Below, piece by piece: positions 1 to 13,050 of a DNA stretch of 64,000 bases. Within the stretch, counting starts at the first letter, position 1; each line of letters begins with the position of its first letter. Made by a program: the position numbers and the translations under genes. Source of the DNA: Raillietiella orientalis. Lineage: Eukaryota. The stretch lies in contig JAYWIR010000041.1 in the NCBI GenBank assembly GCA_036172245.1, forward strand, positions 1,550,001-1,614,000, in the 5' to 3' direction. The notes under the pieces were generated by a model. That model did no database searches. It was not told the origin of the DNA and worked only from the letters and a program-made list of their open reading frames with translations.

Positions 1-699
1 TTCTAGGCATAAGAAGAGTTCATTCGGAAGCGGCTCCTCTAAGCAGATAAGTCCTCATGGTACTCGAAATGATGTTCCCTCCATCCTTTGTCTCTTCCGT
101 CTTGTTCAGGCAAGCTAACAGATCCTTTCGAACATTATCAAGCATTGGTTCAGTCCCAGAAATTGTAACTGAAGAAAAGAGCGCCAAACCAACTCTTGCC
201 TTTTTTACCTAGCAAGCAGGTAGTTTGTCGTCTTGCAAGTTATCTGTGCTTGAATTCGCAAACGGCATTATGAAGATCGAGAGTTCACCCGATGCTGTCG
301 ATTCAGATCCCGATCTCACATCGGAAGTTCCTGTGAAGTTATTGATGCTTTCCTTGCATGCAGAAGACGAATTCCCGTAAGGATGAAGTTGCAGTGGCTG
401 GATAACCCGTAACTGGGTTATCCAGTCATTGCCACTTTTCCTCGAGAAGAATTGATGCTGGATGTCTTCGGCATAAGACTCCCTTGTTTTGGAAAGATCT
501 ATTAGAAAGCGATTTTTCCTTTAAAAGGTGGCGACACGATTTTGGAGCCGATGTGCCGTGACTAACCCGAAAACACTTGAACTTGGCTTTTCACTTCCTC
601 AAACAGACGAAGCCTACTTGCAGCTTTTACTCCACTAAACTTGTTACATTGATCCATGTTACTTTTTTTTTCTCTTCTTTATCACATAGGCCATCTCTC

Positions 700-3500
700 A
701 GGATTCTCTTGCTCATTTCTTGATGCGTATGCATTCGTGGCCGTGCATAGATAAAGCATCGTCAGCCCAAATGTTTCCGTGAAACTTATCAGTTCCTTGG
801 AAGAGACTCTCCTCCAGCACCGTCTTTGGCGCCACGCAGGGCGAATGCTTCCCACCCAAAGGGCATTTTCCTTCTTCTCTTCCTTTGGGCTGGAATCTTC
901 TATAGGGTATCTCTCAAGTTCTCGCATCTGGCATCACAGTCACCTGCGCAAGAACCAGGGACGTTGCAGCTCTCGCAGAAAGCGAATTTTCGAGAGAACC
1001 GCACGAGAAAACCGAAACCCTTCTACGCATCAGATTTCGATAGTGCACTTTGACCTCGGTCTCCGTCGTTCCGAGTAAAAGTTAGCGCAGGCTAAGTGCT
1101 TGGGCTTCACCCCTCAGTCTTGGCAAACAAATGAATTCAATCAGCAGAAGGATTATCGAAATCCTAGAAACTGCTTACCCCCGATAAAGCAGAACTTTGT
1201 TCCATCGTCCCCTTTCAAATCCTGGTTTTCTTTATCGTGAACTGATTACGTTAATGAAGCGATTGACAGCGTTCTTAAGGGAACTTTGTTTATCAGCCTG
1301 CAATCCCGATCATCTGTTCGCTCCAATTAGACTGAGAGTATGCTTTTCCAGATTCCATGGGGGAAATATTGAAAGTTTATCTTCGTATATGTCTTTTCCT
1401 ATTTGCGAACAGATGGTACTTTTAAATTCGGTAGGAGAAAACTTTCAGAGGAAGAAAGGAATCTGCAGTTCCTAATGAACTCTTCCATTATTCTCAATTC
1501 AGCAAAGCACGAGGCGCATCCATCATTTAGGCTATCTGCATGAGCAAACGAACCAAATAAGAAAAAAATATATGTTCATTTTTCTTTACTCGTGTCGAAA
1601 CTGGCAGCAGATTTTGCAATTGTGGGTACTCAGTCAGGATTTCCAGAAACATGATTTTTTACATTCCTCTAAACGCTGTATCCGAACTTGTTTGGACACG
1701 GATCAAACTTTTAATCTACATCCCCTCGTTGTCCTCCTTGTCTTCAGAAATTGCTCGAATCGAATTTCTTTCAGGGAGGTCTGGACGAAAAGAACTTCCT
1801 GCTATATGTGTGTCCTTATACAATCAAGGACTCACATGAGCAATGACCCAGGCTGCACCAGGTTTCACCTGTTTTTGTTATTGAGGCTACCCTGATAATA
1901 CCTGGTCTCTAAAAGTAATTTCCGATCATGCGACCGATCTTACTTATTTCTGAATTGCAGTCATTGGAGACACCAGATAGATATGGCTTGTTTTCTTGCA
2001 GACTGAGGGATTATTTAGTAAGAACACGCCTTTTTTCGAATATCCCCGTTTATATCATGATGGGATAGTGCTGGCATCTTCTTGAAATGCTACAGAGCTT
2101 CGAAAACATGCCGTAAATATTCAGCTTTCGGTTTGCTAGTGGAAAAAAAAAACAAAAAATACGACAGTTAATGCTGTAGCAATATTTTTCAGCAATATGG
2201 TAATACTTCAATGAAGCAGTATAGCACTGTTATCGTGCTGCTGGGTGAATACGTGTGCTCTTTATGGTGTCACGTCTGCACATAAGATACAAAGCACCCA
2301 TAAAACGGATGACACGATTCTGGGTTACAATTTCATACGTCGCACTCTTGAAGAAAATTATCAATTGGATGTGGACATATAGACGTATCAATATAGATCT
2401 CAAACATATTATTCATAATACGCTTAACATTTCCGTTATAAGAACGCTGGATTTAGGCTATGGAGACGTACCCATTTCGCACCTCAAATTCTTAAAATTA
2501 TGAAACCGTGGATATTTGGACTATTGGTTCCAAATCCTCCCTGATGTGACGCGAAACACTCCATGATAGACGCACACAATCGGAAATGCCATTTAATATC
2601 GGATGTGTCTCTCCAGTGGAATGGAGGAACTTCGCTGTGCATTCGTAGAATGAGTATACAGCTTAAACATTTTGATCTCAAATCAGAATTCAAGAAATTC
2701 AGGAAATTCAGAATCAAGAGCTAATTGAGCCTGAATAACTCTGACTGTCCAATGACTTCACTGAATTATTCTGGGATCAAACTGAAATATCCATAGGGTG
2801 GATTATCGAGTAACCACCTGTTTGATAAGATACCAACAGTTCTCTTGTTTTCTTTTGCCTTGGCCGATTCCTCCTTCCTTTAAGCAATCCACCAATTATC
2901 TCATAATTAAGCAATAGCATTGAGTTTATTGGCATTAGACATGTGATTAAGGAAGACCGCCACATTTTGTAACTTTCACACGTACGATGCTTGAGGAGCC
3001 TCCATGAAATGATCTGCCAAGTTCACCTCTCTATGATGAATGCTGTCGACAGCATTATGTCATCCTTTGACTTCAAGTCCCAAAAAGATTCTACCCACAC
3101 TCACGTATACCGGTGAGTCCTTGCCTTGCTGTCCTTGAAAGAAGATTCTTGGGGTCCACAGCCACAACAACATTTTATGATTGCCTCAGGAATAATAGGG
3201 TGCGCTGAATATTCCCATAAAGAAAACTCCAACACAGTACTGTTCGACTGATAATCGGAGGCATTTTTCCAGCAAGAACCTCGGAGGAACCTATTTTATC
3301 TTGAGGATTGTTCCAAATGAGTAGCTGCAATCTATTCTTCTTGTCTTGTTTTGTTCTGTTTTCATCTGATTGAAAGTCTTCTGATTGAAATGGCATTCAT
3401 AGAAATCAGAGAGATGGAAACCAATGGGACTTCGTGATTCAAGTGGAAAAAAAGGATTTCTTCATAACCAACTCTCTTAGAATCGTCATGTTTCTCTCTG
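700..3500 (-). mobile_element. Degenerate Ty3/Gypsy pol relic (RNase H and integrase remnants)
   Basis: Minus-strand frames with many stops give VFEAL*HFKKMPALSHHDING (~2110-2045, like the RT-RNase H connection AF..LK....P.L..D), CKICCQF (~1620-1600, integrase zinc finger) and GDDGTKF (~1210-1190, like integrase SDNGxxF), in the Gypsy domain order. Boundaries approximate. Confidence 0.5.
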
Positions 3501-3768
3501 TATTTGATGATTCTATGGCTTTTCCTTTGATATGATATATTTACATTTCAAGGAATAAACTGTCCTTCTTCGTATTGAATCCTTTTTATTCCTTAATTGC
3601 TAGCCCTCGCCCTGGAACACAGCTTCCTACTGCAAGTATCTGTTTATGTGAGAAGTTCATGGTGTTCACCTCAAGCATTGTACAAATATTTAATCAACAT
3701 GCTTTTCTATCACAAAGTGGACAAAATCCAATTTCTTTGAGAAAAACCTTAATCTGATGCTTTTCGTT

Positions 3769-3789
3769 TCTCTCTCTCTCTCTCTCTCT
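3769..3789. repeat. (TC)n microsatellite
   Basis: About 10 TC units seen directly. Confidence 0.9.
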
Positions 3790-4399
3790 ATTTTCTTTTT
3801 TTTTGGCATGCAGGATTAGCATTTTTTTTGATCTAAATACGACTTGATATCAATATTCCTTTGCCTCTGAAACTACCAGAGACTCTCGTACGATTGGCTT
3901 ACCTCTCCAGGGATGCAGCGGGCAAAATTTCTGTTTGATGAATTTCCTTCCTAACTCGGTGATCCTGATCCATGACTTGGGAAGCCAACCGCTGGAAGAT
4001 CCCGGATACAGCTCCAGCCACTACTTGATTTGCTCTCATCCAAGGCGAAGATGGCGAAATCAAACATGACGTTTCAGAAATCCATCCAGAAGATCCTTTG
4101 CTGATTAAACAGTCTCAATGAGAACAGATATTTCCAGATTCTTCGAAATTGCCCCGTTGGCTGGAACGAAATTTCATTATAAACAAACGGGTAATCTGAT
4201 AAACTTCCGAGATGTTAAATCAGTGTGTGAAAGGCGCACTGGAGTCTATGAAGCAGGTTCCATGCAGTTCCTTCTTTCGAGCATACTTGGAAAACTGTTT
4301 ACAAAGAAAAAGCAATTATTTGTACAGGCCCATCCATCTTATTATTATTGTCTTATTTTAATCCTTTGAAACTGCATTTACGGCCGAACTGAACTCGAA

Positions 4400-5000
4400 T
4401 GGGCAGAGTCATCGAGCATCTTTCAATTACCAAAATGCACCCACTTGACTCAGTCGTTGACTCTCGGACTTTTATACAAGATCCTTCGCCGAAGACAAGA
4501 CACCAGGTCACATGGATTCATCACATGGAAGATTTTTTTTCCCCTAGAAAATAACCGAGCATTAAATAACAAGGTGTGACCTCGCTTAATATGTTTTCTC
4601 GCATCCATATTTCGCTCCCACTTCAGCTAAGGTTCTGCACGACTTTTACAAATTTTCATCTGTGGACAATTTCTGTGGTCGAGAAGAATAGCACCGACTA
4701 TTCCCGCAAGCCAACCAGTAGATGAAGACTCTTACGGCCACCGCCCCTTCCCACATACGTTGTGGGAGCGAAAAAAACATTCGAAAGAACGGAATCCATT
4801 TGAACCTGCGAGTTTCGAACACAAGTGTTTGCCCTTCCTCCCTATTTGTGTGAATTAACGATGTGTGTTTCTGATTCGGAGAGTGTTGACACAGGTGAGT
4901 CCTCTCGCTCCTGAGCAACACGTCGACACTTCCCGAAGAGATTAAAAGTGGACTCGCAGACCATTCCTCTGACATGTCAAAGTCCGCGGCGGACACCCAC
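4400..5000 (-). mobile_element. Possible non-LTR reverse transcriptase fragment
   Basis: ORF 4646-4996 (ADFDMSEEW...FETRRFKWIPFFRMFFSL) loosely follows the spacing of LINE RT KAFD...QG.PLS..LF; highly decayed. Confidence 0.25.
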
Positions 5001-5199
5001 GGTGTCGCTAATATGATGCAAAACGCATTGCTTCTCGGAAGATCAAGCAGTTCAAATTGTCTCTTTCATGTCATCCGATAGGTTACCGGGGACTGCACTC
5101 ACAGCCATGCAAAGGAAGAGTTCCAGAAACTGTAAGCCGACTCCTCCATGTTCCGGATTCGAGGCAAATCTCTAAAATCCTGACCTGATTCTTGTGCCG

Positions 5200-5900
5200 A
5201 CTTGTACATTTCTGTACCATAAATCAATTCAGAATGATGGATTGATTCCCTTTAGCGTGGAAGTGCCGAGAGCAAGGTCGTTTCGAAGCTTACAGGAATG
5301 CAAATCTCATTTTCTATGCGATTGAACTTGGATTTATCGTGCAGGCTGCAGCACGAAAAGTCGACTAAAAAGCCTGAAGGCGAGTGACCATTTTGTTGGC
5401 TTTGTGTTGGTGCTTTTGAGAAGTTCTGGGAACTTCCGGAACACGAAAGCACCAAGCATGATCCTCAAATGCGTTCCGGGAACGGTTAGGAGCACAACAC
5501 GACGGTTCGTCGCTGGAGAGGGGATGCAGATCTGTGTTTCTGAGTGCACTTTACCCATGGGATTAGAATCCGAACTATTTCTAGATGAATCTGAAAGGTT
5601 TTGTTCTTCCTCACCTTGAATCCTAGTTGGGTGCCATTCGATGTGAGAAGGGAAATCTCTCATATCCTTTGAGCATTCAATAACAGGCCGTATGCAGTTC
5701 TTTGCAGTGAACCTGCTGTCACTTCAGAGCACCTGAAAAGTGTTTTCAGGGATTCCGACGGTGCTTTTGAGTTTGGCTACTTAATCTCGGAGGTCAGAAG
5801 AGACGCCGCCCTGTGATTCTCTTCAACGTATCAAACGTCCGTGACGTCTCGGCTTTTAAAGAGTTCGTATGAGCCTTTTAGACATATGGCGACGCACGTA
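5200..5900 (-). mobile_element. Possible Gypsy integrase core relic
   Basis: HPTRIQGEEEQN (like P..I.SD.G..F) followed by TQSQQNGHS (like HPQ.NG..ER), in different frames. Confidence 0.3.
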
Positions 5901-7479
5901 ATCCTTTGACATGAACCGTAAGAGGAAGTTCGACGTGGATTAGGCAGAGCAAAAGCTTAATCTACCGTTATTCAAATTCAGCGACTTCAATGGAACGAAG
6001 ATAGAAACCAGAGAAACTCTATCTGGTAAATTATTGGTTCTCTAATTTGGAGATTTTGAAAATTACCATTTTAAACTGAAATAGTTTTATGGCTATTACC
6101 TCCAGTAAGGTCGATGCACATCATTTGAAAAAAAAAAAACGGTTTCTTACCACATTTTTCCTACCTCGAACAAAGCGGAAGATGCAGAGGATCCAGATGA
6201 AATGGTGAGCCATTGATGCGCGGAAACAAGCATGATGCTGCAAAGAAGCTTTAGCGTATAACTGAGATGTATTATGAAAGAATGGAATTTCAAATGAAAC
6301 GAAGATGTGAAATGACTAGGAGAATAATCACTGAAAAAAATTGCAATGATTAATTTCCTATAAAAGTTTGTCATTTGATGCTGACTCATTTGATTTCAGT
6401 GCAGAATTTTTGCTATAAAAAGCAAAGTAACATTTCAGAATTCCAATGTAAACGAGAATCTTGAGTGGTGAGAATCGACTGCCGAGGTTAATCATGTGAT
6501 GGAGAATCTTATGCGTTGAGAAGTCTTCCCTAATTTTACCGGTAAACCATGGTTTGGCATCACTTCTCAATGGAAAGAGGCGGGGATTCATATCTTCATG
6601 AAAAGGCAGGTTAGCATCCTCTTGTCACAAAAAGCATCACCTCACAAACAGACCCAACCGTTCCGTGACGGCTTCAGAAAAATAGCAAGAAATTCCTCCG
6701 ATCAGGAAATCGTTGCGAAATTTTCTTTCACATATCGTTGTGAAAATTTCGAGTGAATAATTGAGAAGTATCCAAAAAAAGAAAATTGGATTAATCCCGA
6801 AGTACCTTTAAAAATTTCATCGACCTTCCCGATAAAAAAAAAGTCGAAAACGAATTGCAGAGGACTGTCGCCTTGTACGAATCCGTCCTATACTGCGCAA
6901 TCTGTCCTATACACGCACCTTGCAAAAAAATTCAGATGCCTACTTCAGACATATCTGTTTTTCGGACATGCAAGATGCAAGATGGCGTTTCCTCCGGTAA
7001 GCAAAGATGCAAATCATCGCAATCCTACTCGCATAAAAACTCTCATAGAGATAATGGGATGGCACTCTAGTGCTAGCATAGGTAGAGCAATACAAAGTAA
7101 TAAATCTGTACCAGGTCAGTGTACGGCTCATAGGGATGCTGACATTTTGTTCAGGATCGTATAGTGTACGGAGCTAAGTAGAAATTTGGCACAGGACAAC
7201 AGTGAAAATCGATTGGTATAGGCGCGAGCACCCTTCATTGCACCCTTCTCTCTGTGGATTGATGTCACGAAGGATATAGGTCATTATAGCCTGCAGCGTA
7301 TTCAGGAAAGAGGAGCAGATTCCACATTTTCGGCTGCTTTCAACTTTCCTAATGTGCACATAGATGGCCGGAAGACTTTGTCTTCTAATTATCTCCACAG
7401 CAAATGTCCCCATGAATTTAGATAAGGGCTCATGGTCACCCATGCCAACCTAATGTTGGGGATATCTAAGAATCGACTT

Positions 7480-7720
7480 TGACACATCCCTTTTTTGTGG
7501 AAACTGGGGACTTTGTGCCGTTGAAATCACGTGCTTTTACGTACAGGATGAGAAAAAAAAAGAAAACGGAAGTTGTTCCAGCGGTGAGGAGAGCTGAGAT
7601 TCTGACAGAGGCGAGAGTCCCGCCTCTTGTTAAAACGGGAACCGCAACATCTCAAGGATGTGGAGTTTACAGCAATATGAATACCGAAACAACGTGGAAG
7701 TCCGTCAGAGCCACAGAATG
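7480..7720 (-). mobile_element. L1/Tx1-like RT fragment
   Basis: Minus strand reads GSDGLPRCF, matching the non-LTR PG.DGLP.EF motif. Confidence 0.3.
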
Positions 7721-9099
7721 ATTGTAGTCCACTTCTTGTACCCTGATTTCAAGAAGTCACTCTTTTGCTGCTGTTATCTTCCTGAGGTCCATCCATTCTA
7801 AGATGGAAAATTAGCAATTGTAAATGAACACAGAAGGCTTTGAATCAGACTCCTTTATTATGAATCCCTTCTCTGAAATGTATTGACATCAGTTCAATTT
7901 TTCAAAATTCGGATTTCTTAGAAATGTGAAGTGTTCAGGCTTTTCCTCTGGAAATCTCTGAAGCTTTCTATAGCATCTCCCTCTCTTTGATTCATTTTAA
8001 TGACATTTATAGTATTTTATTTTTCCTTCCATTCATAAGGGAAAAATTGATGATTGAGGGAAGAGATGGACTGTTATAAATTACACTTCGCGACGGACAG
8101 ACATTTCTGTGGATTATGAGTTCAATCGTCGCCTTGGAAACTCATTTTACGACAGGGTTACACGCGACGTTTTAGCGTACCATGATGGCATAGATTATGC
8201 AGGTAGACATTAATTCGATTATGTTCTTAACGACGAGTAATCTGCATAAGAAGCAATTGTAATAATTTCGTGTATGTGTCACTAAATTGGGTTTTGAATG
8301 TAAACATTAAGAAAATTCTATCCATTAATTCTAGGGAATGCTGAAACAGTCTCTGCTGATCCGTGAGATCTCAAGGATCCTGGTCGATTCTCTTCACGCT
8401 GGAAACTCCAAAATTAGTTGCAGAAATTGAACTCCGATTGCTTTCTCCTCACTGAAGGTCTTCAGTGTTTGCCGAAAGCAAAACTCGTGGAAGAAATCAG
8501 GGTTTTGCATGCTGCGCATTTTCTACTGTGGACCTGCCTGCTCCTCTGCAAAGTGGAGTCTGGAAATGGCGTCTACATGCGGTCATCCAGGAGTTCCCTC
8601 CTAGCCAAGAAGAAGGACACCGAGTGGGGAGCTGATCTCATGTGATTTCGTCACCCCATGCGGGATGACAGTTGGCATCCTTGAAAACTGCAACTATGTG
8701 GTTTCGGAAGTTTTATTTTTTTTTTTTTTTTTCGGTTGCATCAAATTAATTAGAAGTGATCAGCAACGCATGATCTCATGAACATGGATTTCTCTTCTAG
8801 ACCCCTCTAACCTTCGAAAGCACCATCACTGTCGCTCTGCAACGAAGCAACTCTCGAGAATTCTGATGCTGTCTTAAATAATCTACGAGTTGCAGTGCGT
8901 AGGATAAAGCAAACACTGCACGCGTCGAAAACTGAGCAGAGAATAATAATTGTGGAAACCAGCCAGGAAACCTGACAAGTGAAGAGAAGCAAATGAAAAG
9001 AGTCTTATTAATCTCTTTATCTAAAATACAAACGAGCAGATAACAACGCCATTGCAAGAGTCACTCGTGTTGGCTCTTACTCTCGTGTTACTGTCTTTA

Positions 9100-12000
9100 A
9101 CTGAGAATTCTCAGTGTTCAACTTCTACCTGAACACCCCCTGAGGTTCGTCTGCGTGTGTCTCGAATGTTCGGAGCGAATGGCTAAAGCAGAGCAGTCGG
9201 GTGCATGGAACTGCCATCTGCTTGAGCTATAAACTCCTCGATGACGTAGAAGCAGCTTCAGAAGATCAAGCGGGCATGCTTGGCTTGCCAGATTTCACTC
9301 TTTTCCTTCGATCCCAGTGGTATGGTGCGGCAATAGCAATGCGTTCAGCTCTCCCCAAGCTCCCGGCTTCGTTTTCACTGTATCCTGTGCTCCATAATGA
9401 GATCATAGGTGTTTTGGAAAAGGTCTGCAAGGTTCAGGTGCTCTGAAGTGACTCACCTCTGGGATTGCACCCTTCGAGGCGTCAAAACTTTCGCCTTATC
9501 TTTTCATTCCGTGAAAAGGATTCGCTCCTCGAAGACAACCCGCTTGCCACTTGGCCCTCTTGATCGCCTCGCGGTCTGAAAATGAGCTCGTCTGAGTGTG
9601 GTCCATGAGCCACCTTCCTGTCCCACTTCTCTCGAAGAATAAGTGCTAAGCAAAAAGGGCTTTCCGTTTTTGCATCCGTCATTTAACTTTCTTTTTTTTT
9701 TTATGAGATACCCCATTCGTGGTGCCTTCTTCGATCAAACAGCTTCTCACTCACTCTTTCCCGGAACGCCAGTCGTGCCTATTTGCTGCTTGGATGAAGA
9801 AGGGCGGAAAGCATTCGAATGCCGGCACTCGAAGTTCATCCATTCTAATCTTCTCTCAAGCGTTCTTAGAAACTACAGGATCTTCCTGTATTTTACGATG
9901 GTGTGCTCAAAGATTCCCTTCTTTTTCCTGGAGGAATCTGCACGCCCCCTTTCGCTTCTGGTTGTTTTCTCACTTGCACCTCAGAAAAAAGGAAAACACC
10001 GACTTCTTGCTTCCCATTTCAAAGAAATCGTCTGCTCTTCTTATCGACGTGGATGGAGACTTACAAAGGCAAGGTGAAATCTTCTGGGTTTCAGCAAGCA
10101 TTCCTTTCCTTTTCTTTTTTTTTTTCAACCGAACCAGGAAGCATCCGCATTCCTCTCAGAAATCTCCTCTTCCTCTTCTATAGATGGACTTGCAAAGTGA
10201 AAACTGAGAACTTCTGTAGGCAGAACTGCTGAGCGACCGCTGCTCTGTAACTCTGAAGGCAAGCGACTTCCTTAGGAGACGGGAGAACGGCTCTGTCGAC
10301 ACGAATTTTGCAGGCCACCATCAGAGGAATGCGTCCAATGCGCCCTTATGAATACTCTCCTTATGAAATATGGAAGATACCGAGGCATCAAAGTGCTTAC
10401 CGTGAGAGCGTCGCCAAGCGTCATATGAACCTTTTCCGACGTGGTCAGCAGACCTTGGGAAAAGTTGCAGCTTGTTGCGCTTCCGCTTTTCTCCTCGTAA
10501 CTTCTGTCATGTCTTCATTTTCGCCTATCGGATTCTCCGTTGGACCTGCTTATTTCTTTCTGGATATCGTCCAGAAGCTGAGTCTTTCCACCCTTTTTTT
10601 TTTGTTTCTGTCGTTTTTTTTTTTTCTTTCACTTATTCTTTTCCCTTCCCTACTGAGATTTTAGTTTGCTATTGCTGTTTGGTTTGCGGGAAGTCGCAGA
10701 AACGATTGTCCGAATCCGTTCGCTCATCTTATTTTCTCGTGGCACCTTGACAACAAAAAAAACTTCAAGCATCCATCAGAGAGGGTTAACAGGGTTCTTC
10801 TTCCTGCTGCACTGGTCACAGAGCTCAGCCTCTCTTCTCCTTTCCCCATTATCGCTGTTTAGTGAACGCGGATGACGTCTACGGTGTACCCTTACCGTTC
10901 GGTACAGATACATTGTACACGTTCTCCATCGCCTCCGATAATTGAATATTTGATGCTTATTCAGCAGGCAGCCTCCACGTCAAATCACCTCCAAGTGATT
11001 GGAAAGCGGTCCTTTTCCGTTTAGCCGTTGTAAACACCCTGTAATTACATGATACGACCGTTAATATGAAGCAGCTGGCTGTGCGGTAAGCAAAAACAAG
11101 GGACTTCGTCTCTTCTTGCCAGTAAATGATCACTGCAGCTGCAAGGAATTTAGCATTTTCCTCAAGAAAATACATTCGCCACCGGCCTTGGATTTCGAGA
11201 AGATTCCTCCGTTATAAAAAGCGCGTGGCCAAAAGTACGCGTACGGAATGACTTCAAGGGGTTCGACCAAATGCTGTACCAAAAAAAAAATCAGCGCAAA
11301 TTCATAGTTGCAACTTGGCAGCCATGGAGGCGATTTTTTTTCTAAGCACTGTATCGGCAATCTCTCGTGCAGTGGCCGTTTCCAGCTCATGATAGTCTGT
11401 ATTTTTTCCTCGCTTAGCTCACTTCCGAAAGTTTCGAAGAGTCTGTCTTTAATGGCTCCTCGCATCAGTAGATGTCTGCTGATCATGGATTTTCTTTTCG
11501 TTCGGATATGGAGGAGAGGGACTTGGGAATTCAGTGGAACGGGAAGAACAGGAAGCTCGCCTGCCGAGACACTTTTTCCTCTTTTTGTTCGTCTTGCCCA
11601 AATATCGACGAAGCCAGCGTCGTTCGGACACCTCATGTCACATGGAAAGGAGATGTAAAATGATCGGCAGGGAGTCCAGAGCAGATTTCATCAAGCTTGG
11701 GCTCATCGGGAGCCGAGGCGTCTCAGAAAGGCATCATTAGCTTCCTAGTGAGCTGGCTGCTGAGTCCAGAATACGAGCCTCATGACTTCGGATGCCTTTA
11801 CCTCCATTTGGCAGGTTTCTGCTATATAAATGAGGGTTCTATGCACTGCAGTACAGAACGGTACAAAGCATGCAAAGAAAAGAAGGGCGCAGTTTTTTAA
11901 CGGACTATAAAAAAGAAAGACAGACACCTTTAGATACTGCTAATTAAAAATGCATATCGCAAAAGTGCTCGCTTGCTATGAGTTTTCTTTTTTGGGTGTT

Positions 12001-13050
12001 GTTGCTTGACATGATGTGGAGTGGGATTTTTCTGATTCTCGGGCGATTTTGTCTTTTCTTTCCGATTCCAATTTGTTTCTCCCGAGGGATCCAACTCAAG
12101 AAAAAGTGCTTACCTTGACACATTCTCCTACCTACGGGTGAAGCTGGTCGCATCGAATTACATTTGGCTCTGGGATGTATTTGAGTTCTGAAGACCCTGC
12201 ACGCAACGCTTTCTTCGAGAACTGTTTGGTGTCCTCGCAGGACATTTGATCCTCTCCAAAAGATATCATTGTGAAGTTGGTGGGATTTGGGTGTGACCAC
12301 CAAGAATCCGGGTTATGACTAGTTATGCTTACTTCCAAATGGAAGGGTGATGCGCTGCTATCAGCTTTAGAAATATCGGGTAAGCGTTATGGACTCCGAT
12401 GACCCAACGACGTTCTCTAAGTGTAGGCATTTCAGACAGAATCAAATATAGCCATTAGCCGCGAACTAAATGTCTCAGAGGGCCTTTTGAACAGGAACAA
12501 ATTCCGAAAACCTTTTGGCGTGGACTAAACGTCCCGGTGAACCTTTCGGACGGGACCAAATATCCGCTAATCGTTTGACGTTGCCATGGGCACGTGGCGC
12601 AGCTAGCTCCAATGGAAAACTTTCTCCATATTTTATTCCAGCGTGTTGTTGAATGGAAGCTTTCGAATCTTCCCTGTTCATGGAACTGCTCACCTTTGCC
12701 TCTGCACTCTTGGCATTTGGCCGTCTGGCTCTGTGTGTGAAGAAAAATTTTTTTTCCTTCCATCCTAAACAGCAGGTCACCATGGATGTTTTGTATTAAC
12801 TGACCACCAACAACCAAAACCGGGACATGTAAATGTGTGTGCTCTGGGAGCAGAGTCCTTGTGCTGTTAGTGGGTTCTGCTAGACAGATTAACACCAGCA
12901 GATTCCCACAGATTTATTGAAGGTAGCCACAGTTTGCTTACAACTGTTCGTTTGTTCTCAAAGCTGATCCATGGTCTATTCATTTGCCAGCTATAGAAAA
13001 AAGCCTTTGTCTTTCTATCTCTTTTGATGCTAATCATAGCAAAGAAATCT
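9100..13050 (-). mobile_element. Degenerate L1/Tx1-like non-LTR retrotransposon ORF2 (endonuclease to RT), probably with nested insertions
   Basis: PVLVVGGQL at ~12820 resembles the APE ++GGDFN motif; an RT QG.PLSP-like remnant (GSSMHPTALL) lies near 9215. Many stops and frameshifts. Confidence 0.4.

Noticed and set aside
8040..8202. Exon-like segment (…GKRWTVINYTSRRTDISVDYEF…|GT)
   Set aside because: Has an in-frame stop near its start, no partner exons were found and no family was recognised.
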